Shown: one piece after another, positions 13,914-23,280 of the stretch
Layout: every line of letters begins with the position of its first letter
How positions within the stretch are numbered: position 1 is the first letter of the stretch
Virus record (IMG/VR): IMGVR_UViG_3300037483_000369
Location: 1 to 27,879 of that record
DNA length: 27,879 nt
Reading direction: 5' to 3' (one strand)
Origin: a virus
Taxonomy: Duplodnaviria; Caudoviricetes
Notes under the pieces: generated by a model
Told to the model about the DNA's origin: nothing
The model's input: the letters and a program-made list of their open reading frames with translations, nothing else
Database searches by the model: none
Position numbers and translations under genes: made by a program

Positions 13914-15606
13914 CCTCCCGGCGAAGCGGTCGTTGTGCAAGCTCGAGCAGCTCGGCCGCGAGCGGCACGAGAGGGATCTCGCGCTTGCTTACGGCGGCCG
14001 AAGGGTCCGTGACCCCAGGGACACGAGCCATCCGCGCGGCCTATGGCTCGACGCCGACGCCGGTGCCTACGCGGTCCGCTGGATCGAGAAGTACGGGCGC
14101 CACCACAAGGGCGAGTGGGCGGGCCGCCAGCTCATCCTGGCTGATTGGCAGCGCCAGAACATCACACAGATCTTTGGGTGGAGGCGCCCCGATGGCACGC
14201 GCCGGTTCCGCCGCGTGTGGTGGCACTCGGCTCGAAAGAACGGGAAGACCCAAACGGCCGCCGGGGTAGGGCTCTTCCTTCTGGTCGGCGACGCGGAGCC
14301 GGGCGCAGAGGTCTACGTTACCGCGACCAAACGTGAACAAGCAGCGATCTGCCATGAGGCGGCGCGACAGATGGTGAAGCGCAGCCCTGGCCTCCGGGAC
14401 TACGTGAAGGCCCCCAAGAACAAGCTCGCCAACCTCACCGTGGACGACACAGCGTCGTTTATGGGCATCCTCGCGTCGGACCACGGGACCCTCGACGGCC
14501 TGAACCCTCACGGGGACATCCGGGACGAGGTGGCCGAGTGGACGGCCCACGAGCTCGCGGAGGTTCTCGACACGGCGACTGGCTCGCGCCGGCAGCCGCT
14601 CACGTTCGAGATCACGACGGCAGGCGTCTACGACGAGGAGGGCGTCGGCTGGAAGCATCACGAGTACGCGATGAACGTCCTCAACGGTACGCTCGAGGAC
14701 GACGCGCTATTCGCGTACATCGCAGCGATCGAAGAAGGAGACGATCCGTACGACCCGGCCGCATGGTGGAAGGCGTCCCCGAACCTCGGCATCAGCCTGA
14801 AGTTGTCATACATGGAGGACGAGGCGCGGAAGGCGCGGAATCAGCCGCGTAAGTTGAATGCGTTCCTCCAGAAGCTCTTGAACCAATGGACGCAGCAGGT
14901 CACGCGCTGGCTTCACCCGGAGCGCTGGATCGAGTGCCACCGGAAGGACTTCGACGAGACGAAGCTGCGCGGCCGGGAGTGCATCGGCGGCCTCGACCTG
15001 TCGTCCGTGTCCGACCTCACAGCGTTCGTGCTCGTGTTCCTGTGCCCGGATGGCTCGCTCGATGTCCTGTGCCGTTTCTGGCTCCCGGAGGACACGATCG
15101 CGGAGGCGACACGCCGTGGCGAGGCGTTCTACGCGCAGTGGGAACGTGAGGGACTCCTGACCGCGACGCCCGGGAATGTCGTCGATTACGACTTCATCCG
15201 CGCCGAGGTCAACGCACTCGGAGAGCAGTTCAAGATCAAAGAGATCGCCTTCGACCCGTACAACGCGACCCAGATCTCGAACGATCTGCAAGCCGACGGC
15301 TTCACCATGCACAAGACGCGGCAGGGGTTCCTGACGCTCTCCGAACCCTCCAAGCTACTCGAGGTGAAGGTGATGCAAGGGAGGCTCCGCCACGGCTCGC
15401 CCGTCCTGCGGTGGAACGGGCTCAATGTCGCGGTAGATACCGACGCGACCGGAAACATCAAGCCGAAGAAGGACATCAAGCGCGCGGCGAAGATCGACGG
15501 CATCTCAGCGCTCGCCACCGCGCTGTCGCGCATCGTCGGCGCCGACCGGCCGGCGCCCTCGAAGCCCTCCTACCTCGAATCCTCGCCGCTCCTCGTCCTG
15601 CCATGA
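13906..15606 (+). CDS. terL: Terminase large subunit
   Basis: Walker A ARKNGKT, DE Walker B, ITTAG, GGLDLS..DLT, KIDG nuclease motif. Confidence 0.97.
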   Translation: MGSLPAKRSLCKLEQLGRERHERDLALAYGGRRVRDPRDTSHPRGLWLDADAGAYAVRWIEKYGRHHKGEWAGRQLILADWQRQNITQIFGWRRPDGTRRFRRVWWHSARKNGKTQTAAGVGLFLLVGDAEPGAEVYVTATKREQAAICHEAARQMVKRSPGLRDYVKAPKNKLANLTVDDTASFMGILASDHGTLDGLNPHGDIRDEVAEWTAHELAEVLDTATGSRRQPLTFEITTAGVYDEEGVGWKHHEYAMNVLNGTLEDDALFAYIAAIEEGDDPYDPAAWWKASPNLGISLKLSYMEDEARKARNQPRKLNAFLQKLLNQWTQQVTRWLHPERWIECHRKDFDETKLRGRECIGGLDLSSVSDLTAFVLVFLCPDGSLDVLCRFWLPEDTIAEATRRGEAFYAQWEREGLLTATPGNVVDYDFIRAEVNALGEQFKIKEIAFDPYNATQISNDLQADGFTMHKTRQGFLTLSEPSKLLEVKVMQGRLRHGSPVLRWNGLNVAVDTDATGNIKPKKDIKRAAKIDGISALATALSRIVGADRPAPSKPSYLESSPLLVLP

Positions 15607-15782
15607 CCACCCCCACGAACCCCGCCCGCCTCGTCACCATCCTCGACGCCGCCACCGTCACCGCTGGGATCGTGACCGCCTCGGTCGGGGTCGGGTTCTA
15701 CGACTGGCGCGCCGGAGTGATGGCGTTCGGGGCGCTCCTGCTCGCGGCCGAGGTCGTCGCCGCGCTGCTCCGGCGGCGCTGA
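15603..15782 (+). CDS. Small two-TM membrane protein between terL and portal
   Basis: ATGA overlap; two hydrophobic segments; a common gene position in HK97-like phages. Confidence 0.75.
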   Translation: MTTPTNPARLVTILDAATVTAGIVTASVGVGFYDWRAGVMAFGALLLAAEVVAALLRRR

Positions 15783-15862
15783 TACTGGACACCCCTGCGC
15801 TCGGGGCGGTAGGCGCGGAAGGTGGATGAGAGACTGACGACCCGCGCGACGCGGGGGCCCCC

Positions 15863-18226
15863 GTGAGCCTGTTCGGCGCGCTGCTCGAGCCGTGGGCGCA
15901 TTCGACGATCAGGACGACGGATGAGCTCGTTCGACACCTTGCGGGCCAGTCGACGTCCGAGGCCGGCGAAAGTGTCAGCATCGACAGCGCCCTTCGGGTG
16001 TCAACGGTTCTCGCCTGCCAGCGCGTTCTCGCCGAGGGCGTCGCACAGCTCCCGCTGAAGCTCTACCGAGAGGCGAAGAGCGGCAAGAAGGAGCCGGCCA
16101 CCGCGCACCCGCTTTACAACGTCCTGTGGCGCCGCCCGAACGAGTGGATGTCCTCGTTCGAGTGGCGCGAGACGTCGATGTACCACGCTGGGCTCGCGCA
16201 GGGCGCATTCGCCTACGTGAACAAGATCCGCGGTCAGACGACCGAGGTGCTACCGTTCGTTCCCGGCAACGTCACGGTGAGGCAAGCGGAGGATCACGCC
16301 CTCACGTATGAGGTCCGCGGCAGCAAGGGGATCATCGGCGAGTTCCCGCGCGAGCAGGTCTTCCACCTCCGGGGGCCGAGCTGGAACGGCTACCAGGGGC
16401 TGCAGATGGTCCGCCAGGCGCGCGAGGCGATTGGTCTAGCGATGGCGACCGAGAAGAGCCAGGCGCTGCTACACAAGAACGGGGCCCGCCCCAGCGGCGT
16501 GCTGATGTTCCCGACGAGCCTCGAGGAGGAGCAGAAGGAGGCAATCGCCGCCGCGTGGCTCGCGGCTTTTGGTGGAGGCAATCAGTTCGGCACTGCGGTC
16601 ATGGACCTAGGCGCGAAGTACGAGCGCATGGCCATGACGGGCGTGGATGCTCAACACCTGGAGTGCGTCGTCCCCGGGACGCTCGTCACCATGGCTGACG
16701 GCACGAGGCGCCTGGTAGAGGATCTCAGAATCGGTGACGTGGTCGTTGGATGGCTGGACGGACCGGTCGCCGCCCGCGTCTCGGCCGTGGGCCGTCCACC
16801 CGCGAAGGAACTCGTCCGCATTACCACAAGCCGTGGTCGCGTCCTCGCCTGCTCCACGGACCACCCCGTTCTCGCTCTCGCGTCGCTACGAACGGCGGGG
16901 AGTCGGCCCACGAAAGAGCCACCGGGCTGGATCTCGGCTGGCGCTCTGCGCCCCGGGAACTACATGCGGGTCGGGCTGGGGCACGCGGCCCGAAGCAACG
17001 GGCTGATGACCTCGGACATCGCGTGGTTCCTGGGCGCGATGGTGGGCGACGGCTACATCCGGACCGGCGGGTGCGCGTTGAGCGCAACCGACCCGGGCGT
17101 CATCGCCAAGACCAGGCGCGTCGTGGAGGACCAGGGCGGTTCGCTCTCGCGGTGCACGTCCAACCCTAATGACTTCGCGATCAACACGGGAGGCTCTGCG
17201 AACGGCCAGCGGGGCAACCCGCTGCGCCACCTCTTCAACGCATCGGCTCTCGTCGGATCGCATTCCCATACGAAGCGGGTACCCGACATCGTGATGTCCG
17301 CCGGGCCTGACGCGTGGCGGGCGTTCCTGTCCGGCTATCTCGACACCGACGGCACGATCGGGAAGGGAAACAGGAGGTCGCCTCTAGTCTCATGGAGTAG
17401 CACGAGCCGGGCGCTGCTGGAGGACTGCCAGCACCTGCTCGCGATGCTCGGCGTCCAGTCGGGCATCTACGCTGTCGGCCACGGAGGCCGTCGCATCGTG
17501 TGCGGGCAGGAGTGCAACACGCGCCCGTCGTGGCAGATGGTCGTGTACGGGGGCTCGCAGCTCTCCCGCCTAGCAACCCTCCTATCGCCTGCGCACTCGG
17601 TGAAGGCCGGCCGTCTCGCGATGCTCGCCGGTAGCCCTCCGTCCAAGTACCGGCCGGTGAATTTCGAGTTCGACCGCGTCGTCTCGGTCGAGGCGCTCGG
17701 GCCGGGTGAAACGGTTGGCGTGGAGATCGAGGGCGTTCACACGCACATCACCAACGGCCTCGTCACCCACAACACCCGCAAGCACCAGGTCGAGGAGATC
17801 TGTCGCATCTTCCGCGTCTTTCCGCTCCTCGTTGGGTACTCGGACAAAACCGCAACGTTCGCCAGCGCCGAACAGTTCTTCGGCGCGCACGTGATCCACA
17901 GCCTCGGGCCGTGGATCGAGCGGTTCGAGCAGGCGATTGACAGGGATCTTCTCTCAGAGAAGGACCGGCGGGAAGGCTACTTCGCGAAGTTCAACGTGAA
18001 TGGGCTCCTCCGTGGCGACGCCGCCGCCAGGGCCGCGTACTTCAAGGCGATGCTCGGTACGGCTAGCTCGCCGGGTTGGGGCACGCCTAACGACGTGCGC
18101 CGGCTCGAGGACATGGACCCTAGCGACGACCCCGCTGCCGACGAGCTCCTCACGGTGGATAGACTCACAGGGAAGGCGGCGCCGGAGAGCGAGGAGAAGC
18201 TTCCTGCGGGAGCGGCGGGGCGGTAG
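15863..18226 (+). CDS. HK97-family portal protein containing an intein (about 417 aa after splicing)
   Basis: VAQLPLKLY, PNEWMSSFEW, NGARPSGVL, DAQHLE|TRKHQVEEICRIFRV, TPNDVRRLE. Confidence 0.96.
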   Translation: MSLFGALLEPWAHSTIRTTDELVRHLAGQSTSEAGESVSIDSALRVSTVLACQRVLAEGVAQLPLKLYREAKSGKKEPATAHPLYNVLWRRPNEWMSSFEWRETSMYHAGLAQGAFAYVNKIRGQTTEVLPFVPGNVTVRQAEDHALTYEVRGSKGIIGEFPREQVFHLRGPSWNGYQGLQMVRQAREAIGLAMATEKSQALLHKNGARPSGVLMFPTSLEEEQKEAIAAAWLAAFGGGNQFGTAVMDLGAKYERMAMTGVDAQHLECVVPGTLVTMADGTRRLVEDLRIGDVVVGWLDGPVAARVSAVGRPPAKELVRITTSRGRVLACSTDHPVLALASLRTAGSRPTKEPPGWISAGALRPGNYMRVGLGHAARSNGLMTSDIAWFLGAMVGDGYIRTGGCALSATDPGVIAKTRRVVEDQGGSLSRCTSNPNDFAINTGGSANGQRGNPLRHLFNASALVGSHSHTKRVPDIVMSAGPDAWRAFLSGYLDTDGTIGKGNRRSPLVSWSSTSRALLEDCQHLLAMLGVQSGIYAVGHGGRRIVCGQECNTRPSWQMVVYGGSQLSRLATLLSPAHSVKAGRLAMLAGSPPSKYRPVNFEFDRVVSVEALGPGETVGVEIEGVHTHITNGLVTHNTRKHQVEEICRIFRVFPLLVGYSDKTATFASAEQFFGAHVIHSLGPWIERFEQAIDRDLLSEKDRREGYFAKFNVNGLLRGDAAARAAYFKAMLGTASSPGWGTPNDVRRLEDMDPSDDPAADELLTVDRLTGKAAPESEEKLPAGAAGR
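16664..17773 (+). mobile_element. 370-aa intein with LAGLIDADG homing endonuclease
   Basis: Starts CVVPGTLVTMADG; block B STDHP; LAGLIDADG-like motifs FLGAMVGDG and FLSGYLDTDG; ends NGLVTHN followed by Thr(+1). Confidence 0.95.
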
Positions 18227-18251
18227 CGGTGAATCGAAGGGAGACGACGCC

Positions 18252-19079
18252 GTGAGAACGAACATCCTGAGACGCGCCAAGGCGCTCGCCGACAAGTTCG
18301 CGGCCCCGCGCTTCGCCGTGCGTGCGGCGGCCGACGACGAGAGCGCCGACCTCTACATCTACGACCAGATCGGCGGTGACTGGTTCTCCGAGGGGATCAC
18401 GCCGAAGATGGTGGCGGATGCGCTCGCGGAGGCGAAGGGCGCGAAGACGCTCAACGTCTACATCAACTCGCCGGGCGGGAACGTGTTCGATGGCGTCGCC
18501 ATCTACAACGAGATCCGCCGGTTCGATGCGCGGAAGGTCGTCCACGTGGACGGCGTCGCGGCGTCCGCGGCGTCGATGATCGCGATGGCGGGCGACGAGA
18601 TCGTCATGGCGCACAACGCTACCATGATGATTCACGAGCCGTGGGGCCTCGCGATCGGTAACGCCGACGAGATGCGCGCCACCGCGGACCTCCTCGACAA
18701 GATCAGCGATGACGCGGTGCTTGAGTCCTATTCCCGGACCGAGCAACCGAAGGAGCAACTCAAGGAGTGGATGAAGGCCGAGACGTGGATGAACGCGAGC
18801 GAGGCGGTGGAGCGCAAGTTCGCGGATCGCGTCACGGGCCCGAAAAAGAAGGAAGAGAAGAAGGAGGAGGGCGCCGCGGCCCACGCAGCGCTGGGCCTGA
18901 AAGCTGCCCTCGAGAACCCCCGAGACTTCGAGCGCCAGCTCCGTGACGGAGCCGGTCTCTCGCAGGCTGCGGCCAAGATCCTGACGGCCGAAGCCAAAGC
19001 GCACGCGACACGTGAGGTGGACGACGAGGCGCTGATCGCAGCGATGGAGCGTTTCCAGCACACCCTCACGGCCGCCTGA
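18252..19079 (+). CDS. ClpP-like (S14) prohead maturation protease
   Basis: INSPGG, DGVAASAAS, MMIHEP, ETWM..EAV...FAD. Confidence 0.95.
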   Translation: MRTNILRRAKALADKFAAPRFAVRAAADDESADLYIYDQIGGDWFSEGITPKMVADALAEAKGAKTLNVYINSPGGNVFDGVAIYNEIRRFDARKVVHVDGVAASAASMIAMAGDEIVMAHNATMMIHEPWGLAIGNADEMRATADLLDKISDDAVLESYSRTEQPKEQLKEWMKAETWMNASEAVERKFADRVTGPKKKEEKKEEGAAAHAALGLKAALENPRDFERQLRDGAGLSQAAAKILTAEAKAHATREVDDEALIAAMERFQHTLTAA

Positions 19080-19097
19080 GCGGCCAGGAGTAGCACT

Positions 19098-20300
19098 ATG
19101 AGCGCCGAGCTCATCAAGAAGTTCGAGGATCTTCAGAAGGCCGTCGCCGACATGCGCGCGGCGAACGACAAGCGCCTCGAGGAGATCGAGGCGAAGGGCC
19201 GGGCGGACCCGCTGCTCGAGGAGAAGGTCAACAAGGCGAACACTGCGGTCGACCAACTCCAGGCCCAGATCGACGAGATCGCGAAGAAGGCGCAGCGCCC
19301 GCGCGCGGGCGGCGATGGCAAGGAGGGCAAGGACGGCGAGTACGCCAAGGCGTTCGACCGCTACCTACGCAAGAACGACGTCGGCCCGATGCGCGACGTC
19401 CGCGCGTCCGTGAGCGTCGGGGACGACGCCGCGGGCGGCTATCTCGTGCCGGACACGCTCGACACCGAGATCGAGAAGTACGAGATGGACAACACGCCGA
19501 TGCGGGCTCTGTGCCGCGTCATCCCCGTGTCGAACGAGCACTTCGAGAAGCTCGTCAACCAGGGCGGGGTCGCTTCGGGCTGGGTCGACGAGACCGAGAC
19601 CCGCACCGAGACCGCCACACCGAACTGGGCCTCGCTCAAGCCGTACTTCGGCGAGGTGTACGCGATGCCGGGCTTCACGCAGCGCGCACTCGACGACACG
19701 TTCCTCGACCTCCAGGCCGAGATCGCCCAGGACGTGGGCACCGAGTTCGCGATGCAGGAGAACGACTCGTTCACGAAGGGTACTGGCGTGAAGAAGCCGC
19801 GCGGCCTGCTCGGCTACTCGCTCTCGGCCGCCGCAGACGGGACGCGCGCGTTCAACTCGATCGAGTACATCGCCTCCGGTTCGAGTGGTACGTTCGACGG
19901 CGACGACCTGATCGACCTCATCCACAAGCTGAAGCGCGGCTACCGCACGGGCGCGTCGTGGATGATCTCGAACCTCGGGATCGCCGCCGTGCGCAAGCTG
20001 AAGGACACGACCACGGGCCAGTACCTCTGGCAGCCCGGCCTGTTGGCTGGTCAGCCCGACGTGCTGCTCGGCTACCCGGTGAACGAGAACGACGATTGGC
20101 CGGATCCGGCGGCTGACGCCTACGCTGTCGGGTTCGGGAACTGGCGCCGCGCGTACTACATCGTGGACGTGCGCGGCACGCGCGTCATCCGGGATGAGTT
20201 GACCGTGAAGGGAAAGGTTCTCTTCTACAGCTGGAAGCGCGTGGGCGGATTCCTCGTCAATGACCGCGCCGTCAAGGTGCTCAAGCTCGGGACCTCGTAG
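19098..20300 (+). CDS. HK97-fold major capsid protein
   Basis: Coiled-coil delta domain, GGYLVP, G.G..KPRGLL, LKD..GQYLWQP, LLGYPV, FGNW. Confidence 0.97.
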   Translation: MSAELIKKFEDLQKAVADMRAANDKRLEEIEAKGRADPLLEEKVNKANTAVDQLQAQIDEIAKKAQRPRAGGDGKEGKDGEYAKAFDRYLRKNDVGPMRDVRASVSVGDDAAGGYLVPDTLDTEIEKYEMDNTPMRALCRVIPVSNEHFEKLVNQGGVASGWVDETETRTETATPNWASLKPYFGEVYAMPGFTQRALDDTFLDLQAEIAQDVGTEFAMQENDSFTKGTGVKKPRGLLGYSLSAAADGTRAFNSIEYIASGSSGTFDGDDLIDLIHKLKRGYRTGASWMISNLGIAAVRKLKDTTTGQYLWQPGLLAGQPDVLLGYPVNENDDWPDPAADAYAVGFGNWRRAYYIVDVRGTRVIRDELTVKGKVLFYSWKRVGGFLVNDRAVKVLKLGTS

Positions 20301-20317
20301 GCCCCAGGAGATAGCCA

Positions 20318-20719
20318 ATGTTCGAGAATCTCGTCAAGAGCCTGAAGGCCCTCGCCGCCTGGGTCGGCGCGACGATCGCGACCAACACCGACACGACCTC
20401 GACGGTCGTCATCGACACCCAGGGTTACGAGCCGGAAGTGATGTTCGCGGTCTACTCCGGCACCATCACCGACGGATCGTACGTCCTGGAGATCAGGGAG
20501 ACCGACAACTCCGACGGCACGACCGGCGCCGCCGAGGTCGGGAGCTACCTGCATCAGGACACGTTCGCCGCGACGGAGGACAACGCCGTCCAGAAGGTCG
20601 GGGCCCGGCTGTCCAAGCGGTACTGCACGCTCAACATCGCGAGCACCGGGACGACCACGGGCGGCGTCTTCAAGGGCGCAATCGCGGTCCTCAGTCCGAA
20701 GGCGCGGCCGGTCACGTAG
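20318..20719 (+). CDS. Virion protein, possible capsid decoration protein
   Basis: Thr-rich, beta-like sequence directly after the capsid gene; SD AGGAG. Confidence 0.7.
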   Translation: MFENLVKSLKALAAWVGATIATNTDTTSTVVIDTQGYEPEVMFAVYSGTITDGSYVLEIRETDNSDGTTGAAEVGSYLHQDTFAATEDNAVQKVGARLSKRYCTLNIASTGTTTGGVFKGAIAVLSPKARPVT

Positions 20720-20734
20720 CCAAGCGGTGAACCC

Positions 20735-20761
20735 GGGGCGGCGCTAGCGCGGGGCCGCCCC
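20735..20761 (+). terminator. GC-rich hairpin after the head genes (possible terminator or stabiliser)
   Basis: GGGGCGGC...GCCGCCCC; no U tract. Confidence 0.45.
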
Positions 20762-20781
20762 CATCTCACAAGGGACCCGCG

Positions 20782-21063
20782 ATGAAGGTCACGATCACCA
20801 AGGCGTTCCGCTGGGCCCGCGAGGGGATCTACGTGGTGGACCTGCGCGTCGGCGACGTGGTGGAGGGGCGCCCGGCTGACATCGCGCTCGCCGAGGGGTG
20901 GGGTCGTGAGGTTCGAGGGCCCGCTCCCGCGTCCATCGAGGACGCGCCCCCTCCCGCCGCCCCACCGGAGCAGCCCCCCGCCCAGCCCGAGCCGCGTGGG
21001 GAGCCCCAGCGCGCGGCCATGCCGCCGCCGCCACCCCCCAAGCCCTGGAAGCGCCGCCGGTGA
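20782..21063 (+). CDS. Hypothetical protein with Pro-rich tail
   Basis: Position between head and neck genes; GTGA overlap. Confidence 0.75.
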   Translation: MKVTITKAFRWAREGIYVVDLRVGDVVEGRPADIALAEGWGREVRGPAPASIEDAPPPAAPPEQPPAQPEPRGEPQRAAMPPPPPPKPWKRRR

Positions 21064-21644
21064 ACCTCGTCCTCATCACCCCTCCGGCGACCGAGCCGCT
21101 CACCACGCTCGAGGCCGGGCTACACCTCCGCGTCGAGCCGCTGAGCGAGGACGATCCGTACATCGACGCCCTCATTACGGCGGCGCGGCAGCACGTCGAG
21201 CAGCACCTCGGCCGGGCGCTCGTGACCCAGACATGGGAGGCCGTCCTCGACGAGTTCCCGGAGGGCGACGAGATCCGGCTCAGCAAGGGCGCGCTTCAGT
21301 CGGTGACGTCGGTGACCTACCTCGACAGCGCTGGCGCTCAGCAGACGCTCGCGACCTCGGAGTACCAGGTCGACACGGCGAGCGTCCCGGGGCGCATCGT
21401 GCTCGCGCCCAGTGAGAGCTGGCCGGACACGGATAGCGACCGGGTGAACGCGGTCCGCGTGCGGTTTGTGGCCGGGTACGGGGCCGCGAGCGCCGTGCCG
21501 CAGCCCATCAAGGCGGCGATGCTGCTGCTCATCGGCCACCTGTACGAGCACCGCGAGGAGGAGGTCGTCGGGACGATCACCTCCCGGTTCTCCTTCGCGA
21601 CGGACGCGCTCCTGTCGCCCTACCGGATCCTGAGCTTCGGGTAG
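21060..21644 (+). CDS. Head-tail connector (HK97 gp6 / phiE125 gp8-like)
   Basis: EPLT...HLRV, LITAARQHVE, AGYG..VPQPIKAAMLLLIGHLYEHRE. Confidence 0.93.
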   Translation: MNLVLITPPATEPLTTLEAGLHLRVEPLSEDDPYIDALITAARQHVEQHLGRALVTQTWEAVLDEFPEGDEIRLSKGALQSVTSVTYLDSAGAQQTLATSEYQVDTASVPGRIVLAPSESWPDTDSDRVNAVRVRFVAGYGAASAVPQPIKAAMLLLIGHLYEHREEEVVGTITSRFSFATDALLSPYRILSFG

Positions 21645-21682
21645 CGGCTGGACGCCCTCGGCTCGGGGCGGTAGCGCGGATC

Positions 21683-22027
21683 ATGAGCATCCGCGCCGGC
21701 GATCTCCGCCACCGCATACGGATCGACCAGCGGTCGACCGCGCGGGACGAGGCCGGCGGGCAATCCCTGGTGTGGACCGAGGTAGCCACGATCTGGGCCG
21801 CGCTCGAGCGGACGCCGGGGTCGGAGGTCTGGGCGAGCGCGCAACGACAGGGGCGCGTGCCGGTGGTGTTCCGCTGCCGGTACCGGGCCGGCGTCACGTC
21901 CTCCATGCGCGTCGTGTTCGACGACCTGGCGCACGACATCCGGTCGGTGGTCGACCCCAGCGGCAAGCGCGCCGAGATGCTGCTCGTGACGGACGAACAC
22001 GTCGAGGAAGTGGTCGAGGACGCATGA
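21683..22027 (+). CDS. Head closure protein (SPP1 gp16-like)
   Basis: AGDLRHRIRI, W..VATIWA, RYRAGVTSSMRV. Confidence 0.92.
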   Translation: MSIRAGDLRHRIRIDQRSTARDEAGGQSLVWTEVATIWAALERTPGSEVWASAQRQGRVPVVFRCRYRAGVTSSMRVVFDDLAHDIRSVVDPSGKRAEMLLVTDEHVEEVVEDA

Positions 22028-22500
22028 GCGCGACGATCGAGGTCAAAGGGTTGAAGGAGCTCGAGGACCAACTCGTCAAGTTGGCCGGTGCCGTCAGTCC
22101 AGGGCAGTTGCTTGGCGTTACCCGTGAGTCAATGAAGGGTGTCCTCGACACCGCCCGAAGCCTCGTGCCGAAGCGCACGGGCTCGCTCTACGATGCGATC
22201 ACCATCACGACGAAGAGGCAGGGCAAGGGCCTGGCCGGCGCGGTCGCCACTGGCGGTATTGCGATCCGGAAGGTCCGCAAGGGGCACGTCGGAACGCGCG
22301 GCGCCAAAGGGGCCGGGGAGAAGGCCGACCCGCGGCGCTACTGGCACCTCGTCGAGTTTGGGACCTCGAAGACCGCCGCGCATCCGTTCCTCCGCCCCGC
22401 GTTCGATCAGAACGTGAACGCCATGATCGAGGCGGTGCACAGAGGTTTGGTCAAGCGCATCGATCGGGCCGCCAAACGGATGCGGAGGCAGCTCGCATGA
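22024..22500 (+). CDS. HK97 gp10-like neck protein
   Basis: VKGLKELEDQL, P.RTGSL, YWHLVEFGT...AHPFLRPAF. Confidence 0.93.
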   Translation: MSATIEVKGLKELEDQLVKLAGAVSPGQLLGVTRESMKGVLDTARSLVPKRTGSLYDAITITTKRQGKGLAGAVATGGIAIRKVRKGHVGTRGAKGAGEKADPRRYWHLVEFGTSKTAAHPFLRPAFDQNVNAMIEAVHRGLVKRIDRAAKRMRRQLA

Positions 22501-22865
22501 TCGGCGTCCAGCTCTACGCTCTGCTTTCGGCCAACGCGGGCGTCGCGGCGCTCGTCGGGGATCGCATCTTCCCACAGGTGATGCCCCAGGGTGGGCAGTT
22601 ACCAGCGCTCGTCTACGCGGTCGTCGATGACGTACCGGAGAACACGCTGACCGGGTACACGCTGCGTGGCGCTCGCGTGCAAATCGACTGCTACGGCAAG
22701 GCGTACATCGCTGCGCAGGGAACGGCCGACGCGGTGGTGTCGGCGCTGGCCGAGATTGTGACGGAAGGTCTCGCAGCGGTTCTGCTGTCGCGGCGGGATG
22801 GCTACGAGGATGAGACGACGTTGCACAAAGTGATGTTGGATTTCTCGCTGTGGATAGGAGCTTGA
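22497..22865 (+). CDS. Tail completion/terminator protein (DUF3168-like)
   Basis: LVGDRIFP..PQ...PALVY, RVQIDCY; gene order. Confidence 0.88.
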   Translation: MIGVQLYALLSANAGVAALVGDRIFPQVMPQGGQLPALVYAVVDDVPENTLTGYTLRGARVQIDCYGKAYIAAQGTADAVVSALAEIVTEGLAAVLLSRRDGYEDETTLHKVMLDFSLWIGA

Positions 22866-22866
22866 C

Positions 22867-23265
22867 ATGAGCGATGCAAGTTCGGCGCAGGGTGTGACCA
22901 TCACGCGCAACTCGGTGGCGATCGGCGAGGTGAAGGACATCGGCGGCCCGGACGAAAGTGTGGATCGGATCGAGTGCACGCACCTCGGGTCGACCTCGAA
23001 GGAGTTCATCGCCGGCTTGCGCGATGGCGGCGAAGTGAAGTGCGAGGCCAACGACATCATGGCGGGCAACGCTTCACAGCAAGGCCTATACGCCGACTTC
23101 CGGGCCGGGACCGCAGCGGCATACTCGATCGTCTGCGGCGCTGGCGAGCACTACGACTTCAACGCGATCGTGACCGCCATCGGACGGAAGTTCCCGACGA
23201 ACAGCGTCCGCACCCTGTCTTTCACCCTCAAGATCTCCGGCGACGTCACGCCGACCTACGCCTGA
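22867..23265 (+). CDS. Major tail tube protein
   Basis: IECTHL.S..KEFIAGLRDGG, TLKISG; gene order. Confidence 0.9.
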   Translation: MSDASSAQGVTITRNSVAIGEVKDIGGPDESVDRIECTHLGSTSKEFIAGLRDGGEVKCEANDIMAGNASQQGLYADFRAGTAAAYSIVCGAGEHYDFNAIVTAIGRKFPTNSVRTLSFTLKISGDVTPTYA

Positions 23266-23280
23266 CCCAGAGGGACGACC

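Noticed and set aside
19077-19100. Readthrough fusion of ClpP to capsid (likewise tape measure to Dit at 26608-26613)
   Set aside because: Both are in frame, but each downstream gene has its own SD (AGGAG, GGAGG), so chance explains it.
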